DNA from: Microthyrium microscopicum
Lineage: Eukaryota
Assembly: GCA_010405405.1 (NCBI GenBank)
Contig: MU004234.1
Location: 1,515,275-1,579,274 of the forward strand
Direction of reading: 5' to 3'
Length of the DNA: 64,000 nucleotides
A program made the translations under genes and the position numbers. Shown here piece after piece: positions 13,593 through 24,572 of this stretch. Every line of letters starts with the position of its first letter. The first letter of the stretch is position 1. The notes beneath the pieces were generated by a model, which did not search any database, was not told where the DNA came from, and saw only the letters and a list, made by a program, of their open reading frames with translations.

Positions 13593-13707
13593 AACTGTCC
13601 ACGTTCCAACCCATCACCATCGCACTACTTAATCCTTCGATTTCAACCACCATTTTGAAAAAGCCACCCACGAACACATTCATTCTACACAACCATAACA
13701 AACACTT

Positions 13708-13746
13708 TCCAACTCCAACCCAACCCAACTCAACCCAACCAACACC
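13708..13746 (+). repeat. Imperfect (CCAAC)n low-complexity tract in the pheromone-gene leader
   Basis: tccaactccaacccaacccaactcaacccaaccaacacc just upstream of atcaaaATG. Confidence 0.6.
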
Positions 13747-13752
13747 ATCAAA

Positions 13753-13989
13753 ATGATCTCCATCCCAGCTACCGCATCTCCCGTCAACTTCAACTGTTGG
13801 GGCGGTGGAAACGGACAGAACTGCACTGTCATGAAGACCGAGACTGAAGCCGCTCCAGTCGACCGCAACGGCTGCGGTGGTGGAAACGGCCAAAACTGCA
13901 CCGTCATGAAGGTCGAAGACGAAGCAGGTCAACCAATCGACCAAAACGGCCTTGGAGGTGGCAACGGCCAAAACTGCACCGTCATGTAA
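13753..13989 (+). CDS. Multi-repeat a-factor-like (CaaX, farnesylated) mating pheromone precursor, ppg2/mfa-type
   Basis: 78 aa, strong CAAA-ATG context, no signal peptide, three GGGNGQNCTVM units, terminal CaaX (CTVM-stop). All five variable nucleotide positions among the 11-codon cores are synonymous. Confidence 0.85.
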   Translation: MISIPATASPVNFNCWGGGNGQNCTVMKTETEAAPVDRNGCGGGNGQNCTVMKVEDEAGQPIDQNGLGGGNGQNCTVM

Positions 13990-14792
13990 ATCACTCCTCT
14001 GATTTAGCATGTTCGTCTGTGTTTTTGTTTCTTGGCATTAGCGAAGGTCTCTTGATATGAGAGGCGTCGTTTGTGAATTATCTTCCTATCACACGCCCAA
14101 TCGGTCTGCGGATACATCATTCCCGCATGGCGGTTTTTCTTGCTTCACTTCTTGTTGGTGAGTACGACTTCTTCGACGGACGCGTTGGGAGGGACGGCTT
14201 GCTAGTTTTTGGGAGTTGATGCTGGAGTGTTTCTTCTTTGGAGCATTCTGGCGTTTTCTTTCTTGGATATACCTATTCAGTTACTGTATATATCTACTCC
14301 TCGGTTCTGTGCTTTGGTACTACCGGGATGAATTATACTTGCTTTATGCAATCTTTCTTCTTCTTTTAACTGTGTGTGAATGCGGAATCTTCGCCAGTGT
14401 GAGTTGAAGCTCGTTAGAGGTCATGTTGATACTTCTTCACGTCCATAACCGTCCTTAGCTTGACTGCTGTGGTTATCATGTATTGATTCAACTGTGATTC
14501 TATCGACCCTAGACTCCAACTTAAGAAGGATCAAACGCAAATGACTATAGTAAGCAGATGTGCCTGACTGCAAGGCAGGGTCACGTCTTACCCGCCGTGT
14601 TACAAGGTAAGCAAATAATGGTGCCCGCGGGTCCAACAACAGTGTATCTGATGTATGTTTGTCAGATAGAAAATGTTTAAACAACTAAAAAGAATTTCTG
14701 CCCGTTCGAAGGTTTAAATGACACCCAGTTCTTCCCTAAAACGCCCCTGTTGCTTGCCCTTCTCAACTCTACCTACTTGTAGGTACCTTCTA

Positions 14793-15578
14793 CTAGTAGT
14801 GTAAGACTTGATCTGGCCTTGGGTGCGAAATCACCAGAAGATGAGGATTCTTTTCCAAGCCAAGGACCATATCTTGGTTATGACGACGACTGAGATTGAA
14901 AGGTTAGCCAACTCGGATCGGGGTTTTTTTGGTGACAGTTTTGGTAATAAGAACACGGAGGAGAAGGCTACGACTTACTCAGGTATGCCAGCCTTATCCA
15001 TCCTATTTCTCAAAGCCCCCTGACCGCATCCAATCGGTGTCTGCATAGTTGCCATCCAATAGTAGCCACTTGGTGCTATCTCTACCGCGTTATTGTCAGT
15101 GTTAAAGCCAGCGCTGAAGGTGAAGTTTGTGCCCAAGCACCAGTGGTCAGATATGGCGTCTTTGAGTTTAGAGCCATCGAGGCCTAAGCTCTCCTCCCAG
15201 TTCCAGCAATTGGTATCATGATGGGTGGGACAGTATTTCTCAACTCCAACGATATAGTGCCTGTTGAGAACTCCGAAATTGCTAGAGGATACTAATGTCA
15301 GAGGTGGTCTTCAACTTCATGAGAATGCGGAGAGTTTACTGTTTACGATTGCATGTCGCAGAAACCTTTGCATTGCAGTTCTCATCAAATCCGGAAACAT
15401 GTGGGAGATGATGCATCTGCCCAAGGTGCCGATAAGGATCTTTTGGAACAGGCAGCGTGTTGCGAGATGCGATGTGTTTGCTCGCTGTGAGAGCACCTGC
15501 TGAGTCCGCTCGATTCAGTGCAAGAGCAATGACCGGCGTAATGGCGACAAGCCTTGAAACGACTAAGAATAGTTTCAT
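14793..15578 (-). CDS. Small secreted Cys-containing protein (effector-like); exons 15578-15340, 15281-14979, 14889-14793 (or stop at 14975 if intron 2 is retained)
   Basis: Signal-like MKLFLVVSRLVAITPVIALA. Intron 15339-15282 (GTAAAC..CTGAC..TAG) joins to an open exon NFGVLNRHYIVGVEKYCPTHHDTNCWNW...LKDAISDHWCLGTNFTF...WMATMQTPIGCGQGAL. A second intron-like segment reads GTAAGT..GCTAAC..CAG. Confidence 0.7.
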
Positions 15579-16919
15579 TGCTCGAAAGTTATGGTGATAT
15601 TCGATAATTTGGATGTAGAGTGTGGTCTTGAAGTGAGGGTCAGACTCGGTAAGTGAAGTGTTCAGTAAAATTGCTTTCCACAGTCAGGATACATGCCGAT
15701 TCAAGTGTTAAATATCTTTCTGGAAAATACCAGTTGCAAACTTGCCTAGGTGTACCATCCTACGTAAGGTAGTGATTCATGGTTTACCAATGATCAAGAG
15801 CTTTTGAGTCAAATTTTAAATACCATTTCTATGGTCCACTAGACGTTAAACTCATCTTGTACTTATATGGATAAGTCCTTTCTCATCTTGATACTCTATT
15901 GCATACTAGTAGGTACTTCCGTCATAAGCGGCACCGAATTTTGAGAATGCACTCAACTTGACTTTGATTACTCTAGTACAGGCTGAACAGAAACGTTTCC
16001 CGACTGCTCCTAGGTAAGTGTATAAAATACCAGTAAGCATGGAAATCTGAAAAGGAGGATCCTCCAGGTAACGTCCGGCCCAGAGAAACAGAGTTTGGTC
16101 ATTTGTACCAAATTTTCGATGTTCAGCTTGATAAGCGGCAACACCACAGTCTACTACTCTCAGAGCAACTTTAAATACCAGTATAGGTTATTTGGAGTTA
16201 GCGGCAGTTGGAGCAGCGCAATGTATAACCATCATTTACAGAGGAACCTAGTAGTTACTTAACGAAACCTGCTCTGATCTGGCGTACGACATTGAAACGT
16301 CATTCTCGCGTCACACTCCGTGAAACAACCTACCTACCTAAGTACTATAAAAGCATATTGCTGAATCAGGATGTGGCAAACCTTGATTCCAGCTACTTAC
16401 CTGGTCCATCAATTCTAGCTATTTGATGTACACGATAAGTACTATCTTTTGCTTAGGTAAAGTATTTAAGCGTCCAATTATAGCCTTTACCAGCTTGCCT
16501 GTGTGCTTGTCAAGTTGTCAACATTTTGATCCAGATTACGTTTGTGTAACGGGGAAGGTCATTCTTGCCATCTGGATGTCACGATGTCACGATGTGGGGA
16601 AACTTACATCAAATCCAGTCACCACTCCACCCAACTGGCATGACGACACAGCTAGATTCGGCATAAGTTTTGATTTCAAGCTTCGTTGGAGAGGAAACTA
16701 TGCACTTGATAACCTGACATCAACATGGCTTCCAAGACATTCAGACTGAGCTCCACCTATCTTCTCACCGTCCTAAACCGATACCCCGCATGCCAATTGG
16801 CCAAATGCTGTGATACCAAACATCAGCTTATCAGTCCACCCAACAACTCCTTCTCCTCTTACATCTCGAATTCGAGAAGAGCAATTCATACTTCACTACC
16901 TCTGAACTCAACCTCCATA

Positions 16920-18021
16920 ATGACTTCCGCTGCCGTCGAGCAGGACAATCTATTCATTCCAGTATGTCAGACGGTTGATTCAACTTCACGCCCGCTTATC
17001 TTTTCATAGCTTATTGACTTTGCCCCCTTCCGGGGTGGCTCTGCCGCCGACAAAAAAGCCGTTGCCAACGACATCGTCAATGGCTTTCGTAACGCGGGCT
17101 TCATCTACTTGAAAAATCATGGCATTTCACCTGCCGCGGTGGCAAGTGTATTCGGCCAAAGTGCAAAGTTCTTTCAACTGCCCCAAGACCAAAAGGACAA
17201 ATTGGCCTGGTATTCAGCAGAAGCAAACCGTGGTTATACAGCCCATGGACGTGAGAAAGTGAGCATGGCGGACGTGGAGGATGTGGATGCGCTTCGGGAA
17301 TCGAATCCGGATCTGAAAGAGTCACTGGAGATTGGACGGGATGATGAGCCACAGTTTCCAAATATGTGGCCGCCGCAAGAGGGTGAGAGTCAGTGGCCGA
17401 CGGAGTTTAGGAAAGAGACCATGGGATTTTTTGAGCAGTGTAAGGAGATGCATCGGCTGGTTATGAGCTCGATTGCGGTCGGGCTGGGTATTGGTGAAAC
17501 GTGGTTTGATGGCTTTACGAGTGATGGGGATAATACGCTGCGTTTGTTACATTACCCTGCAGTGAGTAGGGAAGTGTTCGAGAAGAACGTGGGACAGGTG
17601 AGAGCTGGAGAGCATACGGATTATGGTTTGTGTCATCAATTCTTATATTGGATCCGACTAACGTATTGGACCAGGCTCTATGACACTGCTATTCCAGGAC
17701 GCCAGGGGTGGTTTGCAAGTCGAGTCCCCAAATGGAAACTTTGTCGATGCAACACCAATTCCCGATACTATCGTCGTGAATGCTGGAGACTTGATGGCGC
17801 GATGGTCAAACGACTACATTAAGAGCACAAAGCATCGTGTGGTTGAGCCACCCAACAAAACCTCTGAATATCCAGCTCGATATTCAATCGCGTACTTTTG
17901 CAATCCAAATTTTACCAGCAAGATTGAGGCCATTCCTGGAACCGTTGCTGAAGGGGTTCAGAAATATGAGCCGATCATCAGTGGCGAGTATCTGGTACAG
18001 AGACTGACTGCAACTTATTAG
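16920..18021 (+). CDS. Thymine-7-hydroxylase (thymine dioxygenase), 2OG-Fe(II) oxygenase; introns 16962-17009, 17626-17674
   Basis: IPLIDF, AGFIYLKNH, EANRGY, DLKESLEIGRDDEP, DNTLRLLHYP, iron ligands HTD...H (KSTKHRVV), RYSIAYF, and end YLVQRLTATY. Closely resembles Neurospora T7H as I recall it. Confidence 0.88.
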
Positions 18022-19192
18022 ATATATGGTTCAATATCAAATTTTCATCTATATCTTAGTATGTCTGAAATGCCTTCTTCCTTGCCTTACTGACACTCGA
18101 TACTCTGAAGAAAGAACTCATTCCACACCGGTGACTGTATATATACCATCCCGATTCTGCTGTCTTGGGTCTCTACATTCTTGTCTTGTCTTCTTTCAAC
18201 CTTCTTGTTCCTTTCCTACCAGGCTGCTTCAACCCTTTTAGGAACATAATCACTGGGGGTATGCCTGAAAGCAGCGACAGCATTTCCTCATTCGGCTTCA
18301 CTGCTACCTGTTACGAAAAGTATCGCCTATTACCTCGCAGCCTAGGAACTTCCAACATAGGATCCCTTCGTCTATCTCTTTCAATGCTCCCGAAAACTGC
18401 CAGGCTCCAAAGAAGCAATTGGCTTTCGGCTCCACATATCCTTGATTACTTTAACCTGATCAATTCTATCAACAACAAAGTAAATTGCATGACCTCCTTA
18501 AGCCTAATCACAACCAACCAAAGATAATCTCTCTTCATAGCACCTGATTGTAGCACGAGCCAACTGCACAATCCATGATTGCTATCACGATCTACTTTCA
18601 GACTTCACCCAGCGGCTTAACTGGCATACGAAATGCTTGTTAATTGTTCCCATGACAATCAATCACAGGTAGGATTCGGATCACGACGTTTGGGTTGCAG
18701 TGATTGACTACTAAGTTTAACAGAAACAGATTTGACTTCATCTTCCCTCTACCTTCACAGAAAACCGTCAAGTCCAATCGATTTAAACTAAGATTCTCCC
18801 GAATTACCGTGTGCAGATATATTATTGGCATATAGAAACTCTAATCACATCCAGTCAATCAAGACACGGAAGACTCGTGCCTGACCAACGAGCAAAGCCA
18901 TTGCAGATCCACAAGCTGAAGTAACTACACCCGGTCAGAACCCAGGCCAGTAAGTCAATCACGTTAAACAGATCACATTCGCTCTTGCTTTGGGCCTTTT
19001 CTGTCCGATATCGTCCATCATCTGATTTACTCGAGACCCTTTACAATTCACTGCATAAGAAATCTATCACTAAATAGCGCAACTATCGACACATTTGCTT
19101 CCATCATTCGTTGCAGGTATCTCTTGTCACTGACAAAAAAATATCCAAAGCAGATAAACAAGTATTTTAACCCACTCACGACTTGCCACTTT

Positions 19193-20498
19193 ATGGAAAA
19201 GATGGAGTTTGCAATCAAGCAGATCAAGCATGATATCCAAGACCATCGGCTTGGAGAATCAGATGTATCCGATAAGTCTCAAACAACCATCAGCACGCCA
19301 CGAACTTACGCGTCTTCCGATGGGTCTTCAAATCTAGCCAGATCCATCCACCCGTCTACAGAGGATGTTTACATCATCAAAGAAACCAATGGCAAAGGCC
19401 TCGGCATGTTCGCTATCGAAGACATTCCTTGCGGCACACTCATTCTCGTCGAAGACCCCCTATTTGCGCTCGATACCCGTTGCTGGAGCGCGGAGCAACT
19501 CGAAGATAAGATCAACGAACTAGATTCCCACGAGCAAGAGCGATTCTTCTCCTTGCACTCAGTGCACGATTTACCATACAACGACCCGTCGGACGAATAC
19601 CAGCATCAATGGGCAAGTTTCAAGGAGGCTCGTCAAAACCACCTGGCTGAAGTCGCTCACGCAAGATCATCTGGCAAAAAAACAGCGAGCAGCATATTTG
19701 CCGCAAACATGATGGATGGCTCGGACGAAGAGTCAGACTGGAAGCTTGTACTTTGCGTCACTGCCGCCCGAATCAATCACTCGTGCTTGCCGAATACCCA
19801 CTATGTATGGAACGATGCCAACAAAGCGCAGGAGTTTCGGGTCACGCGGGACGTTGCAGCTGGAGAGGTAAGAGACAGCTTGATCCGGGTGCGCCGATAG
19901 ACGCTGAAAGCATAAACTAGGAAATCACTATCAGCTATGTGTATTCAACCGAACGCTACGAGAAGCGCAAGAAGATCCTGGCCGAGCACTATGGGTTCAC
20001 TTGCCATTGCCCTGCATGTGGCAATCGAGACAACTGGTCTAGCGTGGCATATCAGAGTTACGATCGGCGATTTAGACTGGGCGAGCTGGACCGGAAACTA
20101 TCCTCCAATTCCTATTTGGCCAATGATAACCTTTGGGGCCGAATTCGAGATAGGATCTTGTATATCAAATTACTACAGGAAGAAGGCTTGTACACACCCA
20201 CACTGGGCACAGAGTTAGTACATCGGCTGGTTGACTTGGGGTGAAGCTAACTTCGATTCTCAGATTCGGCAGAGTGTCACGGTGCTATCTTTCGTTTGCA
20301 CTTGCTGGTGAAGGTGGTCTGGAGCAAGCTATTGACTATGCCCGTTCAGCAGTGAAAGTGCTCACAAATTGTGTCGGCGCAGAACATATCAACAATGTGT
20401 ACGAACAGAAATGGCTTCATGCTATAGAAAGTCATGGACTCAATGCCGTGTTTGTTGAGAACGGAGTACTTCTGCTCAGAGGGACCAATAACCTATGA
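19193..20498 (+). CDS. SET-domain protein (fungal SET5/SMYD-like lysine methyltransferase family); introns 19868-19920, 20214-20263
   Basis: GKGLGMFA, ARINHSCLPN, RDVAAGE|EITISY across the intron, post-SET YGFTCHCPAC, helical C-terminus. Confidence 0.85.
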
Positions 20499-21035
20499 TG
20501 CAGACAACAGAAACTTGGTCATGGAAATCAATTCACAAGATCCAATAGGGATGAGAAGCGAGACGAACAACCAGAACCGATTTTTTTGGAATGGTAAGAA
20601 TTTCCCGTGAGCCATGCTGTCATAAGGCTGAGAAAAAGGCTGACAACATGCAGATTACTAGCGCGGCAGGGTAGCGACTGATGTACATCATGGTGTATGA
20701 TGATGATTCATGTCTTCTTTAACTGTTTGGATACTGCCCCTATTCTTGAACTATCACTCAAGGTTTACATTGCGTACAAGTCAACTATTAATGTTTAAAT
20801 CCAATTTATATTCTTGAATGCCATCGCCATAAAGTGACGCAATAAATACCACCAGGTCGAAGAAGGATTAGCGTGAAATATTCTCGAATTGCTTTTTCGA
20901 GTTTCGGATATTACTGCATCCGATAACATGTTTCAATGTCTATGACTTGTACAACTATTCGCATCCTCATCCTTCAAAACTTTTGCCTGTCTTTCAATCA
21001 TCAACACACACTATCGCAATCATATCACCTTCAAA

Positions 21036-22007
21036 ATGGCCACAGTAGAATCGTTGCCAGCCGAGTCTACATCTGCTCAACCGATCAAAACCGGAACAAC
21101 AAGCACATCACCAAACTCGCCACCAAACCCACAAACTCTTCCAACACCACCACCAACCGACGCATCAGACTGCGGCTGCGGACCACCCACCACCGCGCCC
21201 GTCACCAACCACCTCCCCGACGCAAGCACCACCAAAACCATCCTCTCTCTCCCCATAACCGACGCCCAATCAATCCAACATACGCTCCAATCCCATCTCT
21301 CCTCAACACCCGCAGCCAAACACCTCCTAATCTTCGTCCGCCATTTCTACTGCTACAACTGTCAAGAGTTTCTCCGTCATCTGGTGCACCATATTCCTCA
21401 ACTCCCCGCCAATACCGCCATTACCATCATATCGAATGGCGCGCCCGCGCTCATCGAGCCATATATTGCGGCCACCCAGGTACCGTACCCCGTCTTCGTA
21501 GATCCAGCGCCAAGCCCGCTATACAAGGCGTTAGGATTGGCCAGTACGAAAAGTATGGGCGCCAAGAGCGAGTATGTGCAACAAGGCCTACTAGCAGGCG
21601 TCGTCCAAGGCGTCCTACAAGGAGTTGGCAGTGGAAAACATGCGACGAGTGGTGGCGCTATGTGGCAGGTTGGAGGCGAGTTCCTGTTCGAGCGGAACGA
21701 TAAAACGTATGAGGCGAACTGGGCGATTGGAAAGTCAAAGGGGGAGAAGGTGGAGCAGCCCAAAGAGGCAGGGGATGAGTGGGAGATTACCTGGGCGCAT
21801 CGAATGAAGACTACGAGGGATCATGTCTCCATGGAGGAATTGAGGAGAGTTCTGGGCGTTGATGCTAGTGCTGTGCCGGTTGAAGATAGGAAGAGTGGGT
21901 GGAGCGAGGTTTGGAGGAGTTGGAAGGCATGGCACAGAGGATTCGTGGACAAGGCGGAGAAGAACAAAGGCCCGAAGCCACCGGGTCTGTTTGGTACTAT
22001 GGTTTAG
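21036..22007 (+). CDS. Thioredoxin-fold AhpC/TSA-2 (PRXL2/AAED1-like) protein
   Basis: LLIFVRHFYCYNCQEF (CxxC), YPVFVDP...LYKALGL, QVGGEFLF, WAHRMKTTRDH. Confidence 0.85.
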   Translation: MATVESLPAESTSAQPIKTGTTSTSPNSPPNPQTLPTPPPTDASDCGCGPPTTAPVTNHLPDASTTKTILSLPITDAQSIQHTLQSHLSSTPAAKHLLIFVRHFYCYNCQEFLRHLVHHIPQLPANTAITIISNGAPALIEPYIAATQVPYPVFVDPAPSPLYKALGLASTKSMGAKSEYVQQGLLAGVVQGVLQGVGSGKHATSGGAMWQVGGEFLFERNDKTYEANWAIGKSKGEKVEQPKEAGDEWEITWAHRMKTTRDHVSMEELRRVLGVDASAVPVEDRKSGWSEVWRSWKAWHRGFVDKAEKNKGPKPPGLFGTMV

Positions 22008-23048
22008 ACTGGTGGTGTAAATGTTATAGTATGCTGTATGTGTAATCAAGATACCCAGGAGTTCATCAGATGGTGGAGTTGGACATGAGTTGCGTGACAA
22101 AATCAGTGATCCGGTGCTCTTTTCTCTGGAATGAAAGAGCGATTTCGAGATTCGTGCACTCGACTCTTATACAATCCGTTTAGTCTACTGCTATTACACT
22201 CCAATCGGGACTTCGATCATTCACAACATCCTACCACCCTCTCATCAAGAATTTATGTTTTCAAGTTATATCATTATCCACCGTCTCTTCATTGTATAAA
22301 GCATCTCATCTGGTTGCCGCTGCACCTGCAGAAGTACACAAATGCATCATCCAGCTGCCAATACACACTCTGATGATACAGCCTCAGATTAGTATGGTGG
22401 TTGAAGTCGAGGAGGCGGTAAAGGTTGGGACGGAGGATGGAGAACACTTCCCTGTCTTGACCTTGTACTCTTACAAACTAGTGATTGTGGTAGGAGGGGA
22501 GATTGGATGAGGACGTACTTTCTATGCATGGAAGGGCAGTGGGTCGTTAACTCCTTGAGGAATGTCAATGGGACTTTCCACCTACTATTCTATGGCCGCC
22601 ATGTGCTTCATTGATGAGTGCTTTGTCTGCCTTAAGGGGCATACAGATTTTGGAAGTTGATCGAATCCGCTAGGCCATACAGCATCTTCTGATTGAAAGG
22701 GCTGGTGGGTGGCCATTATTCTTGATGGAAGAATACCATTTACTTCGGCATTGCGTTGGAGAGGATCCAGTGATGTTGAAGAGTGGAATCATTGTATCAA
22801 AAAATTTCATAAACACTCTATACGTAACACGTCGTTAAATAAACCTCCTTTCGTGTGTAACCACTGACGACGCTATACGGTAACACAACTGGTACAGGCC
22901 ATCGAATCCTTTATACACTAGTCGATCTCAGAGTTGAGTTTCAAATGCCGTTCCGCTCCCCCAAAAACACTTTAAGACTCCAGATCTTCTTCTTCTGCTT
23001 CTATTGTACATTGCGTGCACAAGAACCTCGGCGAAGAGCGCTCATAAC

Positions 23049-24572
23049 TCATGGTAGCGGCTCGTCAGGAAACTCTCCTTCTAGAAGGATATAGGTGAGG
23101 ATGTCGGATAGGGTAAGGACACCTTGAAGACGTCCTTTAGGGTCCACGATGATGAATCGATGGACGCGGGACTTGCGTATTGTGTCGAGAATAGTGCCGA
23201 GATGATCCCAGATGGAGCAGGTGTGGATGCCAGCAAAATCCTGCCATAATCAGCATGGTAGTAAACGGGTAAGGAACGATATATTATACCTCTGGTCTTT
23301 TCAACAGTGCTTCTCCAACTGTTATCTGGAGATCATCGTATATTCCACCCTTTATAACCGTAATGACATCAACAGCTTCAAATATGTTGAGCAGAATGCC
23401 TGCAGTTGAAGTTAATAAATGTGTAATCGTAGTACGAGGCGAGAGGACCAACCATTTTTGTCAATAATGGGAACACTCGAAATGTTCTTTTTGACTAGCA
23501 TATGTATAACATCAATGACAGGCGTATCCATGGTAGCAGTCGCCAAGTCCCCAAATGTGCCAATGTTCAGCATCTTCAACGGTTTTATGAGCTGATACGT
23601 GCTATTAACGTTTACAGCAATGAATTTCAGTATGCGGTACTGCGTAATGACACTGACGACCATGGCACGTTTAGTCTGATCATCTATATCGACCAGAGGT
23701 ATTCTCCGTGCTCTCGACTCGAGCATCCGTCGGCAAGCTTCGTAGAGCGGGCGATCCGGGTGGATGCTGATCGTCTCCATTGGTTCCGCGCCAATCGCTT
23801 TTTCAATCTCGGGCAATGCATCCAGCCGAAACTGATCAATCTGCGCCAACGCGCCTGGATTTTGCCAGTAGTATTGCACCACATTGATATAGTCATGGCT
23901 GGTAATCAAGCCAGCAAACGTCGACGTTCGACTGTCCCACAGCGGTGCAGATACGATCCCGTTCTGGATCATCACGTTCAGACTCGCCTTGACGAGCAGC
24001 GCCGTGTCCAGCATGATCAACCGGTAGCTGATAGGTAGCACATCATAACTCGTGCGCACTTTGAGGAATCCGCGTATCTGTCGTAGGCCGGCGAGCTGTT
24101 CTTTATCCTCAGCGGTTCGTGGCGGTTCGCTCAGACCTGCGAGGCCAGGCATGTTGGCGGTCGTGTCGCCGGCGGTGATGCCGCTAGCTTTGCTGAGGCT
24201 ACTACGAGGTCGCAGATAGCTTGCAGGTGTGACAAAGTGGACAGGTTGCGCGACGGGACTGGCGGTGCTGGAGCCGCGACCAGAGGCAAGCGTGGAGCCT
24301 GTGAGGGAAGAGCCGCTGCCGCTGGCGGGCGAGATAGTGTTTCCGGCGACTTGTCGTAGAGCCGCTTGGGCGGGCGAGCGGGTACGAAGATCGTCGGTGG
24401 AGGATTGGGAGGCTGGTGGATCTGTAGTGATGCGAAGAGCATACAATTAGACTGGTGAAGCTGAACGAATCGAGGTAAATATAGCGGGGCAAAGAGCAAA
24501 ACGAGAGATTGAAGCAGTTTTGAGGCGGGTAGAAGAGGTAGGATGTCACTCACCGACGCCGTTGTCAGCCAT
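23049..24572 (-). CDS. SNF4: Snf4, AMPK/SNF1 gamma subunit (CBS domains); introns approx. 24553-24422, 23452-23400 and one near 23290-23241
   Basis: FLKVRTSYDVLPISYRLIMLDTALLVK...IVSAPLWDS...FAGL; ITQYRILKF; ISSVPI; spliced C-terminus IRKSRVHRF...GVLTLSDIL, TGA at 23051-23049. The first exon (MADNGV) is less certain. Confidence 0.92.

Noticed and set aside
13801..13986. CRISPR-like repeat-spacer appearance (33-36 nt repeats, about 40 nt spacers)
   Set aside because: Eukaryotic context, no cas genes, codon-patterned variation, and spacers that resemble each other at the protein level.
13567..14010. Minus-strand ORFs with repeats (LHDGAVLAV..., MTVQFWPFPPPQ)
   Set aside because: Antisense shadows of the pheromone repeats; the substitutions are all silent in the + frame, which also has the ATG context and CaaX-stop.
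13753..18021. Repeat peptide as a dikaritin/KEP RiPP precursor with the 2OG oxygenase as tailoring enzyme
   Set aside because: No signal peptide, no KR/RR Kex2 sites and no DUF3328 (UstYa) gene nearby. The oxygenase looks like housekeeping T7H, and the terminal CaaX explains the ORF better.
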